A DNA stretch of 62,119 nucleotides, counting the filler, from Sphacelaria rigidula (lineage: Eukaryota), in assembly GCA_964200075.2 (NCBI GenBank). It is 5 parts of 5 records of this genome, joined end to end, with 100 filler letters (N's around TTAATTAATTAA, not from the genome) between each part and the next. Parts side by side here need not be neighbours in the genome. Positions count along the whole stretch, not along the records: positions 1 to 12,346 come from CAXNAA020003870.1; 4 more parts are not named here. The stretch is one strand, 5' to 3'. The stretch's first letter is position 1. Every line of letters starts with the position of its first letter. A program made the translations under genes and the position numbers. The notes beneath the pieces are model-generated. The model was not told where the DNA came from. It saw only the letters and a program-made list of their open reading frames with translations, and made no database searches. This document shows, one piece after another, positions 1-12,446 of the stretch.

Positions 1-343
1 TACGTCCTGTACATCAAGATTTCATAAAAAAAAAACGACTCAAAATGGAGCTCAAGACTCGCGTAATTCTGTCGTAAACCATTTCCAATGTGAAGATGTG
101 CCAGTCACGGATAACTCAAACGCGATAATGCCGTTCAATTTCAAGTTGTTTTCGATGATATCTCGACACGATGTATAGGACGTACGTGCGTAGACCTCTT
201 TTCGACCCCCATTTGTTTTTCTCCGTGAGTTATTGGCAATTTCGTACCGATTTTTGTTTTTTAACGTTCCAACGCCAATAACTCACGAAGAAAAAAAACG
301 GGAGAAACAAAGGCGTGTTCGCATATACGTCCTGTACATCATG
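1..343. repeat. Inverted-repeat (MITE-like) remnant
   Basis: gatgtataggacgta...gtgagttattggc (~170-238) is the imperfect reverse complement of gccaataactcacg...tacgtcctgtacatc (~273-340); tacgtcctgtacatc also occurs at 1-15. Confidence 0.6.
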
Positions 344-1123
344 TCAGAATTTCATCGAAAACAACTGAAAAATTGAGCTAGGGAATCGCGTCATTCTCTC
401 CAATTCCAGTTCTTCTGTGGAGATGGACCAGCCACGAATACCCGAGTTGTCAATAATAGCCCATCGCTTCCACAGGAGACAGGGGGAGAAAACTGTCGAG
501 AAATACTGTCCAATACAACAGACCACGCCAGGACAAAAGTTTAGACAAAAAAAAAGGTGAATAGGAAGACATCACCGTCAGATTATTATTATACGAACAT
601 TGGCGCGGTGGCCAGCGAACTGGGACGAAAAGTGAGCACAGCTGATCCTGTCAAAGTCGAGCAAATCGAGCCGCCACTAAATACAACCAGTGCAAGTATT
701 TATCAGACACGCCGTGGTATTCGCGATCACACAATGAACCACAATAGCCGAACCATAAATGGCTCTTTCCCTCCAACGTACAAAAATATAAAAATTCAAT
801 CCAAAACGGTGGATGACAACAGGGGGAAAATATTTGTAACAAGGTCTGGAAAATAAAGCCGCCACCAGACAAACAACCAGCGCAAGGTGATCTCCGTCAC
901 CCTACAAGTATGCTACCAACAATAACACGACCGGTCACGACACCCAGATCACAAACACTTTACCTTCACCGTACAAACGTCCTGTTACTGTAGTCACAGC
1001 AAAACGGCCGATGAAAACGAGCGGGAAAAAAGCATAAAACAACGCATCAAGTTAACCAAGCACAAAGAATTCTACACGATATGCAATACCCGTGCCCCCC
1101 ACCGTCGTCGGTCCCCACATGTT

Positions 1124-3080
1124 TCAAGACGGCTCCATGTCCAGGATGTTGCGGTGCACCTTGCCCACCTCGCGCGTCTTTTCGATAAGGTCTTTCGACT
1201 CGATCGCCTTGCCAATCGCTTGCGCAGGGTACGCCCGGCAGTAGTCCCGCGCGCGGCGCGCGAAGCGGCGCACCCTTGCTATGGTGAGGATGGTTTTCCT
1301 GCACATGGACTTCACCATGTTGGCATGCAGGTGTTTCGGCACCTCATCATTAATCTCCGGCCGGAACTTCGACTTTGATATGCCCCAAGAGTATTCGATC
1401 CCGACCCCCGCAACCCCCGGATGGTATTTCGGCGACATGAGGAGGATGTGGCCCCGACTCTCCACCGTGTGCTGTAGAGCCGTCTCCTCGTGCTTGAAGT
1501 CAGGTAAGTTGGCGAGGACAAGGTCAAACCTTCGCTCCTCCGGGGTTCCTGGCGCAATGGAAGTGCCATCCACATATAGACCACGCTTCCACAGCACCTA
1601 CTTCATCTCCTCCGCCTTCCCAATGTATCCCCCGGGCACAAGAGTCTTCATTTTCTTCTTTCCGGATGTCCTCGTGGTGGCACCCTCCGCCGTCGAACCC
1701 ATCGTGGAGCTTCCGCCACTCTCCACCTCCGAACCCACGGCACCGTTCGCCGTGGAACTGTCAACAGCGGTCCTAATCTTGTTCGCGTCCGTTGCCGGGG
1801 CGTCGACGGCGTAGAACGGCGGAGGGTCGTCTTTCGCGAACATCATGCGCTGTGTGTGTCGTCAACTTTAAGTTTGAGGTCAACGCTTCTCTTGGTGACA
1901 CCTTTGATGAACTGGGTGCTCCCTTTGTCTTTGTTGGGGTGCATCTTCACTTCCAGCGATCCTACGCACCCTTCAGTCAGCTTCGTGTCCCTCAGAACCT
2001 TTTGCGCTCCCCCGTACCTGACATCCATGTATCCTACATGTAGTCCATCCTCGCGATTTTTGGCATGTCCTGTCGAATGGTTCACTTCGAACGTGAGCTG
2101 CTTCTCGGGATACATCACCTCGAAGACATCCATGCAGTCTACCACTTGCTCCTCGAACTCCTTGAACCCCCAATACCCCTCCCTGTTCTTGCCGTACTCC
2201 ATGTACTGTAATCCCAGCGCGGAGGCCAGTTCCAGGCGCCCAACGCGTTTGCGAAACTGGTTGACCTTGGTAAGTATTCCATTCGGCAAATCCGCGCCGA
2301 ACCCGAGGACCTCGCATTGGATCGCAGACACCATCCCCCCCTGCCCTGGTGTCTTCTTCCGAAGACCGCGAACACCCCTGACCACCCACTTCGTCGGCGA
2401 CAGCGCGTAGCATCGGTAGCAGCTCTCATCCTGGCCCGCGTGACGATGCTCCTTACCGCACTTGCAGACCTTCGTGTCGGGCGAAACTCGCACGGAGCTT
2501 CTGCAGCTTTGTCGAAGCGAACGCTATAGTGTCCGCCTTCCTCGCCTAGTTCCCTGCGGCGGGCGTCATGCTTGTCGTTATCGCCCCCCAATAAGTCTAC
2601 GTGGATCTCCACGTACTAGCCACCCTTCTGGTCTTTGTAACGGAACACCTCCACGTAGGGAGCTTCCTCGCCCTCTTCTTCCATTTTATCCAGGCCTTCC
2701 TGCTGGTCATGTGTCAGCAAGTCCTACGCCATCTGGGCCCAGCATGGTTGTCGCAAAGCGTGTTCCCTCTTGGCATTGACATATTCCGCGCGGTACTTGA
2801 CGACGTCGGTACTTTTGTGCTCGTCGGTGTAGTAGGACTGTGACGCGCGGTCGAACTTGCAGCCAAGCTTGATCATCCACTTATGAGTAGTGGTCGACGA
2901 GACGGGGAGGGTCAGCCCGTACTTCTTTAGGTTCACACACCCATTCTTGGCCAGCAAGGTGTTGAGCAGCACCTCCGTTTTTTTTACTGACAAGCGCTTC
3001 TCAGCTTTCAGCGACTCCAAGATTGTGTGCTCTGGAGCAACCGTTTCTCCCCATTTGTCATGTATGTGGACACCATCCAT
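1124..3080 (-). pseudogene. Decayed IS630/Tc1-superfamily (DDE_3-like) transposase
   Basis: Consecutive minus-strand fragments give YYTDEHKSTDVVKYR, GQDES (first D), GQGGMVS, GKNREGYW, FEVNHSTGH (second D position, here N), LPDFKHE and MSPKYHPGVAGVGIEYSWG (E; compare PKFHCELNPIExxWG). Broken by in-frame stops (~1598, ~2724) and frameshifts (~1845, ~2490). Confidence 0.8.
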
Positions 3081-5005
3081 CCCTCACGTGTCATCTGAAG
3101 GCCTTCCCGCCGCTGTTTCTTATACAAACATTCTTGTGCACCTGATAGTACGCCGAGGGTGTTGGCAGGTTAACCGGTGGGTTGCGGATTCCACGCGTAA
3201 TGGTAGAAAACGGTCAACGAAGGATGCATCCACGCGAACACTCGAGGATTCCTCCGTGGGCACACTGAGAAGGGTGCCGATAAAGCGTGGGCACAGAGAG
3301 AATGCAGTGCTGTAGTACTGATCGGTTCGTACTTTGACAGGGATGTAAATCGATACAAGCGCGGTATGTTGCTGTACTGTACCATACCATATCGTGCAGG
3401 CACGTGCGGTGCCGTAGTGCACAGTAAGGTTCGCGCGACGTACAGTATCGCTGCAGTACAACCGGCATGCACAAGTTTGGGTCGGGTTCGTTATACTCCG
3501 TCAGCTACGGTACACGTTGCTGAACTAACATAAAATGCATGCTTGAGCACGCATCCAAGACTTGTACGGGACAGTGCAGTAAGGCACAGTATATTGCAGA
3601 ACATATTTGGGGAATATCGTTCGGAATGAAAGATGTAGAATAGTATTCAGGGGTATCGCAGTACACATTTTCCTGTTCAAAATCGAGATTCCCTTGCTTG
3701 AACGTTTTATACCCGTTACAATGAACAACTGTTTTCCAAGAAAACCACCCATTATTTCAGGACTTCCCCTGAAATAATAATCCAAACCCTAAGGTTGTCA
3801 CAAATCCTATGTGAGGGAGAGGGTGCTAGCGCTTTTGGTCGCTGGATCAGACCCCGCTTGGGACCGTCAGGAGGGATATTCAAACTACAGCTGATGCGGA
3901 TTCTAAATTTGAAGAAACGGCTCGGATTTTGCAAGCGCGTTGCACTACAGTAGTATTGTTCGACAGCCTCATCGCGTCACCGGTTCCCAACACAGCCATG
4001 GCGGAAGTCACCATACAAGGCGTGATAGCTGGTTCAGACTGGATGAAGCGCCTCACATGGTCACTACTGGCGAAACAGCCCCAAGCGTGGGACTAGTCCT
4101 TACCCCCGTTGTGTGTGCCTGCAGCTTTTTTGTGGGGCATCCATTTTATCCAACTAACGACTGTACTGTAGTGGTGCTGTATTCTGGTGTGCTGGTATAT
4201 CTCAGCAGGCTGTTAAATGATGCTGCGTTTTAAATATCACTGACGTCTGTCGCCGCATTGGATCGTTTCGCTGACGGCGGTCGTCGCCGGCGCAACAGTA
4301 TGAAGTCTCTCTCAGATATTCAACAAGAGGCGCTCGAAAACTCGATGACTAGTCCGAAGAAGTATGTTTTCAGCATGCTTTGTTACGTGTTCCGTAGCGC
4401 TTAGACGCAGGTCATGCTCAAAAGATGCCGCACAATCAATGACGGCGGTTTTTCTGTTGGACTGCTCATCATCATGCTTACGCTGCCGTGCAGAAACTTC
4501 TGGGTTAGGGTTACATGGTCGAAACCGCTTGCGAATCCCGAGCCTTTTGGACAAAACAAATGAAATTTCGATGGTCAGTTCGACCTCACCCAAATGTTGA
4601 ACCTCAAAAACGAATCCAGGCTGTTTTAGACGGCCCAGCCTGTATGGTAGTGCGTTTGAATCCTAAGAAAAGGGTTTGACCTAAGCTGGAGATTGCCTGA
4701 GCTGCTGAACCGCCGCTACCGGTCTGTACAAATGCGTGGGAACAAAATGCTGTTGACACAAAGTTGGAAAAGTCACGTGATGGCTGTGCAGCCATTATGT
4801 CTTCTTCGTTTGGGTGCTGTTGTACAGGTACACGAATCCTAGGTCACGCCAACTTGAATAAATATAGCTCTATATGTGCAACTTCAACTTCATGCCATAA
4901 AAGTGCGTGTTTCGGACCTCGTTCATAATCGTGGCAGAAAAAACGCGATTGAGATTTTCGAAAAATAAAGTACAGTTGAACGACTCCCATTAGAGTTGGC
5001 CTTAT

Positions 5006-5217
5006 TAGAGGTATCTCAAACTCGGCTCCCAGTATCCTGGTTCATTCGTTGGCTCGGAGTTGTGTGCTATTTTTTCAAGTGAAAGTGACGCGATTCATGG
5101 GAGGACCTGACCTGGCGGTCAACGGGTCTCACCATCTAGTGAATCAGCATCACTTTTACTTGAACAAATAGAACAAAACAAACCAGGATACCGGGAGCCG
5201 AATTTGAGATACCTCTA
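5006..5217. mobile_element. MITE with long TIRs, TA-flanked
   Basis: ta-gaggtatctcaaactcggctcccagtatcctgg... versus ...ccaggataccgggagccgaatttgagatacctc-ta. Confidence 0.8.
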
Positions 5218-5219
5218 TT

Positions 5220-5681
5220 TACAGTCGATACTTTGTGGGGGAGTATTTTTCGCCTTTTTTTTCGGGACATTTGACATGGGTTTTGGCCCCTAAACGGGGA
5301 ATATCGCTATCACACGTCTTGGACACTTTGCATCGCCCCACCGAGAGGCGTCTACCCCACTTTTCCGATTCGCTTGGCTCCGAAATTTCGAGAACGACCT
5401 TTGGACAATAAAAACGCCGAGAAAAATGATACGGGGTCTGCAGATATTTTCACGTTGAAATATCTCCAGACCCCGCATTTTTGTTCCAGCCGTATTCTTG
5501 TCCAGAGGCGGTTGTCGAAATCTCGGAGTCGAGCGAATCGGGAAAGTGGGCTAGACTCCTCTGGGTGGGGTGATGCAAAGCGTCCAAGGCGTGCAATGGT
5601 GATATTCCCTGTTTTGGGGCCAAAATCATGTCAGATGTCCCGAAGTGGAAATATGCCCCCCCCCCCCAAATACCGACTGTA
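5220..5681. mobile_element. Fold-back MITE (~460 bp imperfect palindrome), Tc1/mariner-like ends
   Basis: ta-cagtcg...cgactg-ta ends; arms pair over ~225 bp around a centre at ~5453 (tttcacgttgaaa). Confidence 0.85.
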
Positions 5682-5832
5682 AAAAAGAGTCCCACTCCCC
5701 GCCCCTCGACAACCAGCCAAGCCATGACATACGAAGCCACGAAGAGCATGCGGCCAAAGTGCGTGCGGAACTTTCGTCGTCATCTGCCCCCCACCCCCGC
5801 GCGTGCTCTTTCCCTTCTAGGGTTGGGGTATT

Positions 5833-6328
5833 TTGGCAATGACGCTGTAAAACACGCCGCTTACTGCGTGAGCTAGACACCCAGGTTACCGTTTCCTTTT
5901 CTCACTTGGGTTTTTTGCGGTTAGCATGGTGGTGGTCTAGTTACATCATATTGTGCGGGGTGAAGAACCAAACTCCGTGCATGGAGCACGATCGTACTAC
6001 GTAGAGGTTGATTGGTAAGACACATACGAGGCAGTGTAACCCGTGGCTGTATCTGGCAGCGACGATACCAGAAAATGAAGCAACTCATGCTCGAGGCTGT
6101 CATCCATATGCAAGATATTCAGTAAGATTCGAGCCGAACAACCTTGGCAGGATACAGGTCACCCTTTACGCGACTCGCTGAACACATCACGACGCTCAGT
6201 GCCTGGCGGTCGATTGCGAGCCTCGTCCAGCGAAGACCCAGCGTGCTCCGTCCCGGCTGTGTAAGATCGCGAGGTCAACATGACTACGGCATACAAGATC
6301 ATGAGTACACCCCTCCGCTCTCTCTCTC
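5833..6328. repeat. Dispersed repeat family A, copy 1
   Basis: ttggcaatgacgctgtaaaacacgcc...ctccgtcccggct...atgagtacacccc aligns with 11395-11932, 12202-12346 and 24892-25232. Confidence 0.85.
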
Positions 6329-6547
6329 TTTCTCCCTACCCGACGAAACAAATGCTAAAACGATTCTCCGAAACAACACCGCTCTATTGTAAAACGCTTC
6401 CCATTGCAGAGTCCGGTCTTGGCAAAGTCGAATCACATTTGTTTTTATTTTTATAAATACTGGTCACAGGGTGCGTGCGATGTCTCACGCCAAAAAAGAT
6501 ACTGTGCCATGGCTATATTCACCAAGGCTCTCAAACGCCCAACAACG

Positions 6548-7919
6548 TCAACAATTGTCCCTCTTTCTCCATCGCCGGTCGGACATCACTCCGTCCACCA
6601 GCGCCTGAAACGTCGGGCGGTCCTCGGGTGCCTGGGCCCAGCAGCCCGGTAGGAACTCTGCGATATCGGCAGGGGCATCCTCGGGAATCGCGGGACGATC
6701 TCCGCGAATGACGACGCGGACGTAGATGTCGCGAGGAAGAGCTTGGTCGGCCCAAGGTGTTTTTCTGGACAGCACCTCCCACACCACCATCCCGTAGCTG
6801 TAGACATCGCTCTCGTTGGAGGTTCCCTTGGTCTCCAGCACCTTCTCGCGGGCCGAGCACGAGAAAGCGATCGAAAGTATAGCGATATGATACGGAGGCG
6901 GACGCTATGGTAGATAAGGCAAGTTGGAATGCGAATCAAGACATACGATGATAGCAAACTCTGTGAAACATACTGTACACTGAATGGCTTCGAAAGCTTA
7001 ACCCTTTGACCGCCAGCAGAGGTGAGATCTGTTGAATCGGTATCAATCTTGTCTTGATTGAAAACTTTAATGCATGACCCAGATGACCTTACCTACCCTC
7101 GCGGTAGAGGGGTTAAGAGCACATATTTCGCAGTAGAAGCAGAACCAGATATGCATACTAGGTATTGGATGCTCAGGTCGGGAGGAGGGAAAACGCGCGG
7201 AGGATAAATACTCGAAGGCTAGTGATTGAGTTCAAGACCGCCAACGGTTGCACAAATCGCCACAAACTCAATCGGTTGACACTATATGCATATTGTAGTG
7301 TACATTTCTCCAAACCCATGAGAAAGAACACTTCAAAACCGGTCCACGGTCATTCATGCGGAGACTTGTTTGCCGTCCTACCAAGGCGCTCGCCCAGTGC
7401 TGGATGCGCCTACCTCAGAGAGGAATTCGCAAATTCTGTTTCCACATCTTCTACCCGCAGTCACTCCACATCTGTATGTCGTGTGACGACTAGCTGTAGA
7501 ATGTTTTCCTGTTGCTGTAATTCTGTACACGAATTGTTACACAGAAAACGTACGTACTGGAATTGCTACTAAAGTCGACATATTCTTAGCCCGCTCATCC
7601 GGCGCAGTTCATAGCAACCGCACGAACTCTACAAGAAACAACAACGGAGACGTAAACGACTCCCCACCTCTGGCGCAGTCCACGCGAAGCTGATGTGGGC
7701 GCTTGGTCCCGCCTTGGTAGTATAGGTGGCCAGGCCTGTGGATCTCTCGGTGTTCTGAGTCCACCTCGACGTGCCAAAGTCCCCGATCTGACAAATCAAG
7801 ACAAGACAAACCAGCAGGTCACACTCTGGGTTTTGATTCGCGCGTGTGGCCACTGATGAAATCGATACAGAATGTAAGGTACTGGTGGCAGTCGGAATGG
7901 CTCAATAGATGACAGGGCA

Positions 7920-7950
<31 letters not shown>

Positions 7951-10767
7951 AACAATTCCATGTAACCATATGTTAACCAGCGGTCAACAAAAAATCGCGA
8001 ACAGTGAATATCAAACCCGCCCGCAACAGGAAAACGGGGGAGCATCCACGAACAAACAAACCGGGACGCATTCAGCTTCGGCGGGGTAAACATCCCCCAG
8101 AACAAGACAATCCCAGGCGCCAACACAATATACTTCCCCTGATCCAAGTCATAAGGTAGATTTGGATATACATTCCACCGCATATCTCCGCCATTTCTTT
8201 GATTGTTTTCAATCGCTTTTACGCACACCAGATTTGAGACGCCCATGCGGGACTGCTGAACCAGTCTTTTTTTTTCAATTAGCTAAAACAAAGTGGTGCT
8301 TGCATGCTACAAACAGCCGGCCGATGTGAGACATTCCCATGACTTGTCGAATACAGTGGGTTCGAGACTCACACGGGACTGTCAGTTTTGGCATTTTTTC
8401 TCCAGACCCCTTGGTTCTGTCCTATCACCCACCACGTGGCTTAGGGTTAGGGTTAGGGTTACTCCGGGGATGTTGAGCCTGTATCCCTGGATTTTGGTAG
8501 CCTCTGGAGTTCAGTTTTTTTCATGTTGAGTCATGCCCAAACATTTTCTACGCCATTTCTTCCCCGGATACCTGCCGCAGCAGGCCTAACCTACAGATCG
8601 ACCGCATGTAGTGCGATTTTCAAATCGACCTTAAAGCTTGGATCAGAGAGAGTACATACCTTTGCTCTCCCGCGTGCATCCAGAAGAATGTTGGCCGACT
8701 TCAGGTCGCCGTGTACCGTCGCCTTGCTGTGCAAGAAGGCCATCCCTACGCAGATGTCTCTGATGATTTGCCGGGACTTTTCTTCCGGGAGCGGCTGCTC
8801 ACAGTTTTTCAACATGTTTCGGAGGTCACCACCAGCGAGCAGCTCCATGACCAGAATCAGGCGGTCTGGCTGCGAGGTTACCGCCCCGTAGACGTTGACG
8901 GTGTGAGGGCTCCTGAGGCGGACCATGGCGTCCAGCTCGCGCAGGAACGCTTTGCGCTGGCTCTTCTCCCGCGGCGCATCGGGCTGGTTCCTCATTTGCC
9001 CATCCAGTACGTCGTTGTCGTCAAGTCTGCCCAAGCCGTGGGTGGTATGCTGTACCTGCGTCGTCCAGCGACACATCATTGGTAGGCAAGGATACAGACA
9101 AGAGCAAGACAGCGGGAAAACGTGACGAGAAAAGGAAGTTCTTGCGGAGGGGGGGTCGGTGCCTTCTCTGTCTTCAGGCCCTACTCGTTGCGTCGGTATT
9201 ACTGTGTAGCTGCAGGGTACTACCGCTCAAGAATGGCTCAAGACCTTCGCTGCGGCATTGTGGCCGTTGTAGTCGGCCAGGTAGACCTCGCCGAAGCCTC
9301 CCTTTCCCAGAAGTTCGTCTGTGATGGCCACGTGTTTCTCGGGAATCTCGACCTGGTTAAGCTTCCGCTGTCGCCTCGCGCTACGGGCTTCGGCCAGAGA
9401 TGCGGCTTTAGCGTCCGCCGTAGACCCCTGTCATAAAAAAGAACGGCGAATCATCAAAGGAAAAGTGGTCGACAATATCTCAACATTCCATGAGTGATCG
9501 TATCCTCCTCAACCACTGATGTCGCGATTCAGTGAAAACGAAGGGTCAGGAAGGGTCGCCCTGGATACAGCGCTACCGCGCTCCAGGGGGGGGGGGGTAC
9601 TCAATTGTTGCTCGCCCTAGTCATTTGGCCACTGACCACGCATCCCCCATGAGACGGGGCACCGTTTTTACTCCTTACAGAATCACCATCAACACGCGGG
9701 TGCTCTTCACGTTTTCCCCATGTCCTACATCAAACCTTCTTGCTCATCTGATCCCCTTCCCATTTTGTCTCTTGTGGCCACCATCCATCACCCACTACAG
9801 CGATCGTCTTCGCGCTGATATCTAATGCGTTAATCTTTGCCAAGTCACATCCACCAACTATTTTCGTCTACCACACTCCCGAAGTCGTCTCTTTCATTCC
9901 TGTATACTCAAGTCCCCACTCTACAGCAACGTGCGTCCTACTCTCATCCAATATGCCACATGGGCATACATGCATACCCTCTGTCTCCTTTTCCCTACTA
10001 CTGGTGCACGGTACCTCTCCTTTGTAACAAGTCCACGTCTGCTACTTGGAGGTGAAATATCAGCTTTATAGCGTAATCCATTGAGCTGGTTACATGTATT
10101 TCCATTTCCTGTTACTCCTCTCAACTTTTCCTACACGTTCTGTAGATGTTCTTCTCTTTCGATCTCCGGTAACGCTAGCCTCCTTCTTCTTTATACAGTA
10201 TCATATAATTCAATTCGTTCTCGTACCCCCGAACTTTTCCATGGCCAGTGTCCCTCTCGGGTTCTCCGCCAGTGCCTTTCCCTAATATCTCGGCGGCATG
10301 CGGTGTCCAATCTTCTGCCGATCTCCTTGACGATACTTTTCCTGTACAGCCTTGTCAAACTAGCTATGCCTGACAACCGTTCTTCTGACCGTCTACATAC
10401 CTGGTATTTGTTACAATCTTAATACTACCCTGAATACTGTGTCTTGCAGTTGAGTATCCTAATATTATTTGCAAATCTTGACATGTGTACTATTTCCAGC
10501 TAGCTGTTTTGTAGTGCGCAATTATCTCCTCCTTCTTATACTTCTTCTGCATGCTCGGCGCCAAGGGGAAAGGGGGAAGTGAAACATATGCCGCTTTTAT
10601 CCGTGGTTTCTGCATGCCTCGCAGCGAAATCTGCAGCGGAGGATGACGAATAGCGTTTGACTCCGGAGAACTCTGGGTAGGGTTCGTTCGCGTCTGTGAC
10701 CCTCGCTCACCTTGTGCAGGTGCAACCCCTCCTTGACATCGTGTCCCACTTGCACCTGCAGACCCAG
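6548..10767 (-). CDS. TKL/MLK-like protein kinase, spliced, 5'-partial. Exons: 10767-10711 (tentative), 9427-9245, 9055-8660, 7787-7668, 6841-6548
   Basis: Phase-0 GT-AG joins give LLGKGGFGEVY, NAAAK, FLRELDAMVRL, HGDLKSANILL, IGDFG, WTAPE, SDVYSYGMVVWE and CWAQAPEDRPTF; all catalytic motifs intact; stop at 6548-6550. Confidence 0.92.
7002..7112. mobile_element. piggyBac-like MITE in a kinase intron
   Basis: TTAA at 6998-7001 and 7113-7116; termini ccctttgaccgc...gcggtagagggg; inner agatctg/cagat pairing. Confidence 0.7.
8440..8461 (+). repeat. Interstitial (TTAGGG)3 telomere-like repeat in an intron
   Basis: cttagggttagggttagggtta. Confidence 0.8.
9586..9680. repeat. Dispersed repeat family B (second copy at ~30573-30670)
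   Basis: G-run-tactca...tgaccacgcatccc...gagacgg.gca.cgtt..tactcc is shared between contigs 1 and 3. Confidence 0.65.
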
Positions 10768-11394
10768 CTGGACGAGGTCAACGGGGGGGCAAGCAAAGGA
10801 CGGTAAGCGATCAACATATCCACGACTCGGTTTCGTCTCACCAACCTTTTACCTGCCTGTAGAAGTCGGCCGACGTGAACTGGGTCATCAGGTAATCCTT
10901 AACATACGGTAGGATTATAGGGCCGTTATCCGACTGCAGCCGTCCTCGCTTTGCCCACTGAGATTTTTGTTTTCTGAGACGGGGAAACGTAACCCCTCCC
11001 TGAGGCACACCCTTCAAAGAACACAATGGACGTGCCCAGAAGGCGTTTCCTGGGCTTATCTACAGAGCGAACTAAAGGAACAGCGAGACATGAGAGGAAT
11101 AACAGGGTGTTTACAGTCTAGGCCACCACCGCACTCCATCTCACAACAAACTGTTACCATCGCATTAGACGCACGTGAAGAGGTTAGAGTAGCACAAGTT
11201 GTCCAGGAGGTGTCTTGACCTTTCTCGTATGTACTGTGGTTGATGGTTTCTTGTCATTTTCTTTTTCCCCCCTCCCCCCGCTGCTCCGTCTGGAAAGGGG
11301 TGCGTGGTCAATGGTCATACGAATAAGGCAAGCAGCACATGATTACCTCCCCTCCTCCCTTTCCTGTGACCCCAGATAGGAGAGTTGGTATCGG

Positions 11395-12346
11395 TTGGCG
11401 ATGACGCTATAGAACAAGCCACTCACTGCGTAAGCTAGGCAACCAGGTTACCCATGTTTTTGCGCGCTTGCGTGTATTTGCGGTATCCACGATGGTAGTC
11501 GAGCTAGATCATGTTGTGCGGGGTGGGGGAACCTCAACTCCGCACAACGGGGATGATCGTAGTACGTGATGTTTATATGGTGAGACAGCCATGAGGCAGT
11601 GTATAAGCCGTGGCTGTCTCTGGAAGTGGCGATACCAGGAAATAAAGCAACTCAGAAAATAAAGCAACTCATTGTAGGCTGTCATCCTAACGCAAGATAA
11701 TCAACAGGCTTCGGGCCGAACCTCAGCAGGTTGCAGCTCACCCTTCACGTGACTCGCTGAACACACCACGGCGCTTCGCGCTTGGTGATTGAGTGCGAGC
11801 CTGGTCCGGCGAAAATCCGGCGTACTCCGTCCCGGCTTTGTAGGGATGCGAGGTCAACGGTCTGATGACTATGGCAATGGTCACACGACTAAGGCAAGCA
11901 ACAAATGAGTACGCCACCCCCCCGCTCCGTCTCGAGAGGGATGTGTGGTCGATGGTCAAACGACTAAGGCAAGCAACAAATGAGTACGCTCCCCCCCCCC
12001 CTTTCCTGTGAGCCTGCGAGCCCGGTCGGGCGAAAATCCGACGTGCTCCGTCCCGGCTTTGCAGGGATGCGAGGCCATTGGTCTCATGACTACGGCATGA
12101 AAAATCATAAGTACATCCCCCCCCTTTAGCCTGGTCCGGCGAGAACCCGGCGTACTCCGTCCCGGCTTTGTAGGGGCGGACCCCCGATGGGTTGGCGTCG
12201 CTTGGCGATGACGCTATAAAACACGCCACTCACTACGGAAGCTAGGCAACCAGGTTACCGCTTTTTTTTGGCGCGCTTGCGTTTTTTTTTGCGGTGACCA
12301 TGATGGTAGTCGAGCTAGATCATGTTGTGCGGCGTGGGAGAACCTC
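11395..12346. repeat. Dispersed repeat family A, tandemly rearranged copies
   Basis: Full copy at 11395-11932; subunit gcctggtccggcgaaaatccggcgtactccgtcccggctttgtaggg at ~11799, ~12019 and ~12129; a new copy starts at 12202 and runs into the gap. Confidence 0.85.
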
Positions 12347-12446
12347 NNNNNNNNNNNNNNNNNNNNNNNNNNNNNNNNNNNNNNNNNNNNTTAATTAATT
12401 AANNNNNNNNNNNNNNNNNNNNNNNNNNNNNNNNNNNNNNNNNNNN
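12347..12446. other. Artificial contig linker (N44-TTAATTAATTAA-N44)
   Basis: 100-nt spacer with a six-frame stop linker, identical at four positions. Confidence 0.99.

Noticed and set aside
344-1100. Possible Fanzor/TnpB nuclease next to the IS630/Tc1-like transposase
   Set aside because: No RuvC (D..E..D) or zinc-ribbon motifs in the short ORFs on either side
4312-4795. ORF start with SHAFV, resembling a plastid-targeting cleavage motif
   Set aside because: No hydrophobic signal peptide, an early stop and no downstream domain
8356-8380. gtgggttcgagactcac, a tRNA T-arm/B-box-like motif
   Set aside because: No cloverleaf or acceptor stem; at most a SINE fragment
11790-12180. Three ~50-bp direct repeats with different intervening sequence, superficially CRISPR-like
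   Set aside because: Spacing is irregular, the intervening sequences are themselves repeat-family subunits, there are no cas genes and the context is eukaryotic
12391-12402. TTAATTAATTAA palindrome occurring four times
   Set aside because: Synthetic six-frame stop linker inside N runs
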